A DNA stretch of 64,000 nt from a bacterium. Its GTDB lineage: Bacteria > UBA10199 > 2-02-FULL-50-16 > JAJFLM01. Numbering within the stretch: the first letter of the stretch is position 1; every line of letters begins with the position of its first letter. The DNA is taken from NCBI GenBank assembly GCA_965216315.1, contig CBDCFN010000016.1, positions 1,088,001 through 1,152,000 of the forward strand. The letters are read 5' to 3'. Shown here in pieces: positions 57,121-64,000 of the stretch. The translations under genes were made by a program, and so were the position numbers. A model generated the notes under the pieces. The model was not told the DNA's origin, searched no databases, and was given only the letters and a program-made list of their open reading frames with translations.

Positions 57121-58617
57121 ATGAAGACATCACCCTTGATTGAAGAGCGGCTTAAGAAACTCGAGGAACTCAAGGCCGCGGATATACCGGCCTATCCAAA
57201 CGATATCCAGGTGTCGGACCGCATCGCCGAGGTGTCGGAGCGTTTTGGGGGGCAGTCCCGTGAGGAGTTGGAGAAAGTAACCGCGACGGTTCAACTGGCG
57301 GGGCGCATGATGTCGGTGCGTCTCTTTGGCAAGGCCGGTTTTGCTCACCTCAAGGACAGCAGCGGTAAGATCCAAATTTTCATTGAAAAAAAGGGACTTA
57401 GCGAGGAAGAGTTCAAGCTTTTCAAGAAGGCCGATATCGGGGATTTTTTGTGGGTCGAAGGGGCCCCGATGCGCACCAAAACGGGGGAGCTCTCCATCCA
57501 TGCCCAAAAATTGCGCTTGGTGACCAAGTCACTCCACCCTTTGCCGGAGAAATGGCACGGCCTGCAGGACAAGGAGATTCGCTATCGCAAGCGCTATGTG
57601 GATCTCATCGTCAATGATGAGGTGCAGCAGGTTTTTCGGAGGCGCTCGGCTATTGTCAGTCAAATTCGCCAATTCTTCATCGAGCGGGAATTTTTAGAGG
57701 TGGAGACGCCGATGATGCATTCTTTGGCCGGCGGCGCGGCGGCACGCCCCTTTGAAACCCACCATAATGCACTTGATTTGGAGCTGTACTTGCGTATCGC
57801 CCCTGAACTTTATCTTAAGCGCCTCATTGTGGGTGGCTTTGATCGCGTCTTTGAATTGAATCGTAATTTTCGTAACGAAGGGATTTCGACCCAACATAAT
57901 CCTGAATTTACGATGCTGGAATTTTATCAGGCTTATGCGCGCCACGAAGATCTCATGGCATTAACCGAAGAGTTGCTTAGTGAGCTGGCACAGGAGATCT
58001 GTGGGGGAACCGATGTCATGTATGCCGGGGAGAAACTTTCGTTTAAGGCGCCTTTCGCGCGGCATAATTTTGAGGAGTCCTTAGTCGAGATTGGCGGGTT
58101 GCCGCCTGAAGTCATCAAGGATGCCGCTGTAGCTGAGAAGATTGCCGAAGAGAATGGCATTAATCCCAAGTCCGGTGGAACGCTGGCTTCATTGCACATG
58201 GCCTTGCTCGAAAAGTTTGTGGAGCCGAAACTGATTCAGCCGACCTACATTACCAAGTTTCCGGCGGATGTTTCACCGCTGGCGCGGCGTGATGATAGTG
58301 ACCCCCAGTATACGGAGCGTTTTGAATTGTATATAGCGGGTCGGGAAATCGCGAACGGCTTTTCAGAGCTTAATGATCCGATTGATCAAGAAGAGCGCTT
58401 TAAAAACCAGCTTAAGGCCAAGCAGCGCGGTGATGACGAAGCCATGCCTTATGATGCTGATTTTGTGGAAGCCTTGATGTATGGCATGCCGCCGACGGCT
58501 GGTGAAGGAATCGGTATTGATCGGTTGGTGATGTTATTGACGGATCAGCCCTCCATTAGGGATGTAATCTGTTTTCCGCTGCTTCGACCTGAGGTCTCTG
58601 ATACTAAGGGTGCCTAA
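57121..58617 (+). CDS. lysS: Lysine--tRNA ligase (class II)
   Basis: LPEKWHGL, YLRIAPELYLKRL, FRNEG, HNPEFT, GIGIDRL. Confidence 0.98.
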   Translation: MKTSPLIEERLKKLEELKAADIPAYPNDIQVSDRIAEVSERFGGQSREELEKVTATVQLAGRMMSVRLFGKAGFAHLKDSSGKIQIFIEKKGLSEEEFKLFKKADIGDFLWVEGAPMRTKTGELSIHAQKLRLVTKSLHPLPEKWHGLQDKEIRYRKRYVDLIVNDEVQQVFRRRSAIVSQIRQFFIEREFLEVETPMMHSLAGGAAARPFETHHNALDLELYLRIAPELYLKRLIVGGFDRVFELNRNFRNEGISTQHNPEFTMLEFYQAYARHEDLMALTEELLSELAQEICGGTDVMYAGEKLSFKAPFARHNFEESLVEIGGLPPEVIKDAAVAEKIAEENGINPKSGGTLASLHMALLEKFVEPKLIQPTYITKFPADVSPLARRDDSDPQYTERFELYIAGREIANGFSELNDPIDQEERFKNQLKAKQRGDDEAMPYDADFVEALMYGMPPTAGEGIGIDRLVMLLTDQPSIRDVICFPLLRPEVSDTKGA

Positions 58618-58621
58618 GCAC

Positions 58622-59866
58622 ATGAGACTCGAAGCTTTTATTGCTAATCGTTACTTGTCGACCACGCGCAATTCTTTCTCCGTTTCTTTGCTCAAATGGA
58701 TAGGCATGCTTGGTGTTGCTTTAGGTGTCTGTAGTCTTATCGTTGTCATTTCCGTCATGCGTGGTTTTGAGCGCGATTTTGAGAAAAAGATACTGGGCTT
58801 TCAGGCGCCACTCGTCTTGGAAGTTTCTTCAGCGCAGGTCAATCAACTTCCTTCAATCGAGAACCTCAAGAAATTGCATCCCAGCATTTTACGGGGAGAG
58901 CGGCGTATTGAGGGCGAACTCGTGATTGAAAGCTCGTTTGGGTCGGCTTCAGGGGCACGCATTCGCGGGATAGATCGGCCTATCGGGGAGATCCATGGCA
59001 TTGGCGAACTCACAATGAGCGATGATGAGACGGACCCGCTCGAAACAAAAGCGACGCTCAAGGGGGAGGCATTGCCAGGTATTGTCTTGGGGAAAGAACT
59101 CGCAGCCCATATCCAAGTTCATCCGGACTTTAAAGATGAGGTGAAACTCGTATTCCCGTTCGGCGAGCTGTCGCCGACCGGCGAAATTATGCCGCGGGTT
59201 CGCCGTTTTCGCGTCGCGGGTCTGTTTGATTCGGGTTTTTATGATTATGACAGTAAATTTGCTGTCGTGACGGATGCGATGTCCGAGCGTTTGTTTGGAG
59301 AATACGGCCGTGCCAGTCTTGCGATCTATCTGAAAGATCCAGCGGCGGCCGATCGAATCAAAGCACAACTGGAAAAGGCCTATGAAGGCCATGTGTGGCA
59401 AGCGCATACGTGGCGTGAGCGCAATCAGCGGCTCTTTCAAGCGCTATTTTTAGAGCGTCTCGGTATGTTTATATTGTTGCTGATGATTGTATTGATCGCT
59501 ACCTTTAACATCTTTGCGCTCTTGTCGATGATCGTTCTGGAGAAGGTGAAAGATATGGCGGTTCTGCGCACGGTTGGACTGCATCTACGGCAAGTCAGAC
59601 GCATTTTTTTGTTGCAAGTATGGAAGATTGGGTTGCGCGGAACCGCCATTGGGGGGAGCATTGCTATCATTATTTGTTTGTGGCTGCACTTTTTTCCTTA
59701 TGAATTACCCCATAGTTACTACATCAGGTATTTACCGGTCACTTTCGAGCCCCTTTATATATTTGCGTTAATAATGGTCGGCCCGTTGATCAGCGTCTTA
59801 GCGGGTTGGTATCCGGCACGGCAGGCGTGCGCACCTGTTATTGCGGAAGTTTTGAGGTATGAATAG
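58622..59866 (+). CDS. Lipoprotein-releasing ABC permease (LolC/E family)
   Basis: GVALGV..LIVVISVMRGF, FDSGFYDYD, W.ERN..LF.AL; start chosen by alignment with the next paralog. Confidence 0.9.
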   Translation: MRLEAFIANRYLSTTRNSFSVSLLKWIGMLGVALGVCSLIVVISVMRGFERDFEKKILGFQAPLVLEVSSAQVNQLPSIENLKKLHPSILRGERRIEGELVIESSFGSASGARIRGIDRPIGEIHGIGELTMSDDETDPLETKATLKGEALPGIVLGKELAAHIQVHPDFKDEVKLVFPFGELSPTGEIMPRVRRFRVAGLFDSGFYDYDSKFAVVTDAMSERLFGEYGRASLAIYLKDPAAADRIKAQLEKAYEGHVWQAHTWRERNQRLFQALFLERLGMFILLLMIVLIATFNIFALLSMIVLEKVKDMAVLRTVGLHLRQVRRIFLLQVWKIGLRGTAIGGSIAIIICLWLHFFPYELPHSYYIRYLPVTFEPLYIFALIMVGPLISVLAGWYPARQACAPVIAEVLRYE

Positions 59867-59871
59867 CCATT

Positions 59872-61059
59872 ATGCGTTTTGAGTTGCTTACAGGATGGCG
59901 TCACATCAAGTCACGGCGTTCCAAGATGTTGACCATGGTTTCAGGAATTACGGTCTTGGGGGTTGCCTTTGGCGTGATGGCTCTTTTGGTCACGTTGGCG
60001 GTGATCAACGGTTTTAAAGCGGAATACGAGAAATCGATATTGGCGTTTAATGCGCACTTGATAGTCATGGGGGGGCAGGGTCCTGAGTCGATTCAGCAAG
60101 TCCAGCAGGCAATCCAAGGAGTCTCCCAGCCGGATGAGGTAAAAGGGGTCAGTCCATTTATGTATCGTGAGGGTCTTGCCGTCAAAGGAATGGAAGTGCG
60201 TGGTATTGCCATCAAGGCCGTTGATCTCGAGTCTTACTGGGAGTTATCGGGTTTGGAACACAAGGATCAGACCGGCGATGCGGGACTTTGGATTGGTCAG
60301 GCGCTGGAGAAGCAGCTGGGCGTCGTGGGTGGGATTTTAAGACTACGAGTCCCGGAAGATGAGGAAGATGTCGAAGCGTCTCGTTTTATTGAGCTGCCGG
60401 TTAGCGGAACTTTTGCAACCGGTATCTACGATTATGATGTGAGTTATGCCCTCATCGATATGACTGAGGCACGAAGTCGTTTTAAATTGCCCGAAAATGC
60501 CGACGGAGTCGAAATCTGGTTGCGCGATGCGAATCAGGCACGGTCTTTTCAGCAGCGCTTAGCGGAACAGCTTGCTTTTCCCTATACCGTCATGACTTGG
60601 GAGGACCTTAATGCCAATCTTTTTGGGGCCTTGCAGCTGGAGCGCTTCGTCTTTGCCATTATCATGGGAATCCTGATACTGGTAGCGAGTTTTAATATCA
60701 CCGGGACGCTGACGATGCGTATCTTGGAGCGCAGGGGTGATATTGCCATTCTCAGGGCCATGGGGGCCCGTTGGAAGCAACTCCGCCGGCTTTTCTTTTG
60801 CCAAGGTCTCGTCTTGGGTTGGACAGGCTGTTTGCTGGGCGTTGGGATGGGATTGGGTCTGTTGGAAGCGTTGGTTCGCTTTAAACCCTTGCGCTTGACG
60901 GCGGAGATATATTTCATTGATTTTGTGCCGGCGCGCTGGAGTCCGTTGCATATCGGGGTCGCATTGCTGGTGACGACGGTGTTTTCATGGCTGGCGACGC
61001 GGATCGCGTTGGTTCGGCTGAAGAAATTTCCAGTCGTTCAGGCCCTCAATGAGATTTAG
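59872..61059 (+). CDS. Lipoprotein-releasing ABC permease (LolC/E family)
   Basis: GVAFGVMAL..TLAVINGF, WEDLNANLFGAL, DIAILRAMGA. Confidence 0.9.
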   Translation: MRFELLTGWRHIKSRRSKMLTMVSGITVLGVAFGVMALLVTLAVINGFKAEYEKSILAFNAHLIVMGGQGPESIQQVQQAIQGVSQPDEVKGVSPFMYREGLAVKGMEVRGIAIKAVDLESYWELSGLEHKDQTGDAGLWIGQALEKQLGVVGGILRLRVPEDEEDVEASRFIELPVSGTFATGIYDYDVSYALIDMTEARSRFKLPENADGVEIWLRDANQARSFQQRLAEQLAFPYTVMTWEDLNANLFGALQLERFVFAIIMGILILVASFNITGTLTMRILERRGDIAILRAMGARWKQLRRLFFCQGLVLGWTGCLLGVGMGLGLLEALVRFKPLRLTAEIYFIDFVPARWSPLHIGVALLVTTVFSWLATRIALVRLKKFPVVQALNEI

Positions 61060-61085
61060 GTGACTGATTTAGAAGGAATTTTTGG

Positions 61086-61757
61086 ATGGTAGCGTTATTA
61101 GAAGCACGTTTATTAGGCAAGTCCTATGCAGAGGGCGGAACTGAGTCCCCCGTGCTCTCGGATGTGAATTTGAGTGTGGACAGAGGCGAAATTTTGAGTA
61201 TTACAGGGGCCTCCGGGGCCGGGAAAAGTACGCTTTTACATCTTTTGGGCACGATCGAGGTTCCCACGAGCGGCCAAGTTTTCTTTGAGGGCGATGACGT
61301 ACTCAGTTATTCAGAGCGAGATTTAGCCGAATTTCGGAATAAGAAGCTTGGCTTTATCTTTCAATTCCATCATTTATTGGCGGAATTTAATGCCTTAGAA
61401 AATGTATCGATGCCGCTGATGTTGAGGGGGATGCCGGGGAGCGCTATTCGAGAGCAAGCGGTCAGCGCGCTTAAAGATGTCGGGATGGAGCATAAGCTCA
61501 GCTCTTTGCCGGGAGAGTTGTCAGGTGGTGAACAGCAGAGAGTTGCTGTTGCCAGGGCTATTGTGACGGCGCCGATTCTGTTGCTGGCCGATGAGCCAAC
61601 CGGTAATTTAGATCGTCAGACAGGGACCCAATTAATGGAGCTACTCTTTGACTTGAATCAGGCAAGAGATTTGACGCTGATATATGTGACACATAATGAT
61701 GAGTTAGCGGCTCGTGCAGGTCGCACACTTCACATGCAGGATGGAAAGTTGCAATGA
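61086..61757 (+). CDS. lolD: Lipoprotein-releasing ABC ATP-binding protein
   Basis: GASGAGKST, GFIFQFHHLL, LSGGEQQR, ADEPTGNLD. Confidence 0.93.
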   Translation: MVALLEARLLGKSYAEGGTESPVLSDVNLSVDRGEILSITGASGAGKSTLLHLLGTIEVPTSGQVFFEGDDVLSYSERDLAEFRNKKLGFIFQFHHLLAEFNALENVSMPLMLRGMPGSAIREQAVSALKDVGMEHKLSSLPGELSGGEQQRVAVARAIVTAPILLLADEPTGNLDRQTGTQLMELLFDLNQARDLTLIYVTHNDELAARAGRTLHMQDGKLQ

Positions 61758-64000
61758 GAGCGAAAATTTGCGGTATCGTTACAGGTTTCATTTTGATGCT
61801 GATGGCTTCGAGCCAACTTTATGCAGCACCTCGCATCTCGGCCGTTGAAATTCGCGGCAATGAAGAAGTTTCTGAAGAGACTATTCGTGCGGTTATTCTG
61901 TCACGCAAGGGAATGCCTTATTCTCTGGATCGCATTCAAAAGGATATTCGTGCACTCCACGACTTGGGCCGGTTTCGCGATATTCAGGTTAAGAAAGAAG
62001 GTCAACGCGGCGGCGTATCTCTCATCTATCTCGTTGAAGAAAAGCCTCGCATCGAATCAATCGAGATTGAAGGTAATAAGAAGCTCGACGATGATGACCT
62101 GCTTGAGTTGATTACGGTTAAGCCATTTGGCGGGGCGGATCCTTCCGAAATAAATCATTCGATTCAAATGATGAAGGAGAAATATGCGTCCAAGGGCTAT
62201 CACCTCGTTTCCATTGAGCACACTTTTAAGTCGATCCCCAAGAGCGCGAACAAAAAACTGGTATTTATCGTCCAGGAAAATGAGGGGGTACGAGTCAAGC
62301 GGGTCAATTTTTCAGGAAATAAGGCCTTTAGCGATAAGAAGCTGCGCAAGGTCATCCAGACGAGGCGGAAAACACTGCTTTCGTGGATGACCGGAAAAGG
62401 CAAGTACAATAAAGAAATTTTGGAACGCGACGTCGCATTCTTAACCTTCCACTACCTTAATAACGGCTATCTGCGCATCAAAGTCGATGAACCTGAAGTG
62501 TATTTGTCTCGAGATAAAAAATGGCTCTATATCAATTTTACAGTGGAAGAAGGCGAGCAGTATCGCTTGGGTAAAGTTGGTGTCGCCGGGGACATTCTAA
62601 CGACAAGTGAGGAGTTGAGCTCGGAACTTGAAACGAAGTCAGGGGATATTTACTCGCGAAAAATTATCGAACAGGATGTCATTAAGTTGACTGAAAAATA
62701 CGGGAATGAGGCGTACGCGTTTGCAAATATAAATCCTGCGACGATCCCGAATGATGCAGATCTGACAGCCGATGTGACTTTTCAAATTAGTAAGGGCCGT
62801 AAGATTAAGATCGAGCGCATTAATATTGAAGGGAATACGGTGTCGCGTGATAAGGTTATTCGGCGCGAACTAGAGATCGTAGAAAACGGTTATTATCATG
62901 AAAGTCGAATAAGAAAGTCACGCGAACGCTTGATGGCGCTTGGCTTCTTTGAGGATGTAAATTTTTCGACTCCGCGCGGCACGCGTGATGACACAATCGT
63001 TCTGAATATCAAAGTTAAAGAGAAGCAAACCGGTAGCTTTTCAATCGGTGCAGGTTTTTCATCTGTAGAAAGCTTTATTATTACAGCGTCTATTTCCAAA
63101 GAAAATTTTCTGGGCTACGGAATCAGTGGGCGGTTTTCTTTGGAGCTTTCGACTAAGCGACAATTGTTTTTACTGTCGTTTCAAGACCCCTACTTTTTGG
63201 ATACCGATTGGATTTTTTCTGCATCAGGATATCGAACGGTCAATGCATTTGAGGACTTTGATCGTCGTTCTTTCGGCGGAAGCGTGACTTTAGGCCGTCG
63301 AATTTTTGATCATTCCCGTATCCTGATGGGGTATGAAATCGAGGATGTACAGGCGGATGATTTCAGAACAACCATCCCTGCGGTTTTTCAAAATAACTTA
63401 TCCGGGTTAACATCCAGTGTGGCCCTGACGTTGAGTCGCGATACGCGTAACAATCGGCTCTATCCGAGTAAAGGCTCCTATTTGAGTGTCAGTAATGAGT
63501 TTGCGGGTGTTGGCGGGGATAATGAGTACTTCCGTGTGATAGGAAATGCACGTTACTATAAACCCTTAATTTGGAAGCTGATATTCAAGCAAAATATTAC
63601 GATGGGATATATTAAGAGCCTCGATGATAATCCCGTACCTTTGTTTGAACGATTTTTCACGGGTGGTATCAATTCTCTGCGCGGTTACCAGCTTCGTTCG
63701 GTCGGGCCTCGAGTTCGAGTCCTTGCCGATCCCAGCAGCGGTGATGACGAGTTTATTATCGGTGGTAACAAAATGCTTCTTTTTAATACGGAGTTTGAAG
63801 TGCCGCTTTATGATCCTGCCGGGCTCAAACTAGTCGCCTTTTATGACATGGGAAATACCTATGCCGAGGACCAGAATTTTAATCTGCTCAAGATGCAGCA
63901 CAACTATGGCTTCGGGATGCGATGGAACTCACCGTTTGGTCCCATGCGTTTTGAATGGGGATTTCCCATTAATAGGCGCCCCGGCGATGATCGTGTCGTC
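61754..64000 (+). CDS. bamA: Outer membrane protein assembly factor BamA, 3'-truncated at window edge
   Basis: Missing from the ORF track. ATG 61754 gives MRAKICG..LYA signal, POTRA-like repeats (IRGNE, IEGNK, FSGNK, IEGNT..RDKVIRRE), GGINSLRGY and RWNSPFGPMRFEWG. Confidence 0.96.
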   Translation, partial: MRAKICGIVTGFILMLMASSQLYAAPRISAVEIRGNEEVSEETIRAVILSRKGMPYSLDRIQKDIRALHDLGRFRDIQVKKEGQRGGVSLIYLVEEKPRIESIEIEGNKKLDDDDLLELITVKPFGGADPSEINHSIQMMKEKYASKGYHLVSIEHTFKSIPKSANKKLVFIVQENEGVRVKRVNFSGNKAFSDKKLRKVIQTRRKTLLSWMTGKGKYNKEILERDVAFLTFHYLNNGYLRIKVDEPEVYLSRDKKWLYINFTVEEGEQYRLGKVGVAGDILTTSEELSSELETKSGDIYSRKIIEQDVIKLTEKYGNEAYAFANINPATIPNDADLTADVTFQISKGRKIKIERINIEGNTVSRDKVIRRELEIVENGYYHESRIRKSRERLMALGFFEDVNFSTPRGTRDDTIVLNIKVKEKQTGSFSIGAGFSSVESFIITASISKENFLGYGISGRFSLELSTKRQLFLLSFQDPYFLDTDWIFSASGYRTVNAFEDFDRRSFGGSVTLGRRIFDHSRILMGYEIEDVQADDFRTTIPAVFQNNLSGLTSSVALTLSRDTRNNRLYPSKGSYLSVSNEFAGVGGDNEYFRVIGNARYYKPLIWKLIFKQNITMGYIKSLDDNPVPLFERFFTGGINSLRGYQLRSVGPRVRVLADPSSGDDEFIIGGNKMLLFNTEFEVPLYDPAGLKLVAFYDMGNTYAEDQNFNLLKMQHNYGFGMRWNSPFGPMRFEWGFPINRRPGDDRVV

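Noticed and set aside
61821..63833. Short ORFs at the right end
   Set aside because: They lie within the continuous bamA frame.
1..64000. CRISPR arrays, tRNA/rRNA, IS elements, prophage
   Set aside because: No repeat-spacer periodicity, cloverleaf, transposase or phage gene noticed; intergenic gaps are short (largest ~310 nt).

Overview
Bacterial chromosome segment. The core gene order (trpEGDCFBA-leuS-holA/rpsT/murJ; phoH-7TM-HD-ybeY-lnt-prfB; lysS-lolC/E x2-lolD-bamA) looks deltaproteobacteria-like; this taxonomy is inferred. Four accessory blocks are interleaved: (i) 1-12.2 kb, two Ser/Thr kinases, an MBL hydrolase, a class III cyclase-ATPase-TPR protein and a lipoprotein; (ii) 15.6-18.1 kb, a cysteine desulfurase-like and a cysteine dioxygenase-like gene; (iii) 32.5-35.7 kb, two divergent orphans; (iv) 43.5-57 kb, between prfB and lysS, four paralogous ~920-980 aa Cys-rich lipoproteins plus an HExxH peptidase-TPR gene. 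Main result: 11 accessory genes are each preceded by the same bipartite element RCAAC-N15/N17-(C/T/G)CGANNN (most often CCGATAA). It has sigma-28/FliA geometry but a non-canonical -35, whereas the housekeeping genes checked have sigma70-like boxes. N15 copies precede proteins with no Sec signal, most of which share a Ser/Thr/Ala/Leu-rich N-terminal leader. N17 copies precede only lipoprotein paralogs. I infer a dispersed alternative-sigma regulon of candidate exported effectors plus variable surface proteins. The sigma factor and any secretion machine are not in this window. No rRNA, tRNA, CRISPR or transposase was seen. All alignments were done by eye; no searches were run.
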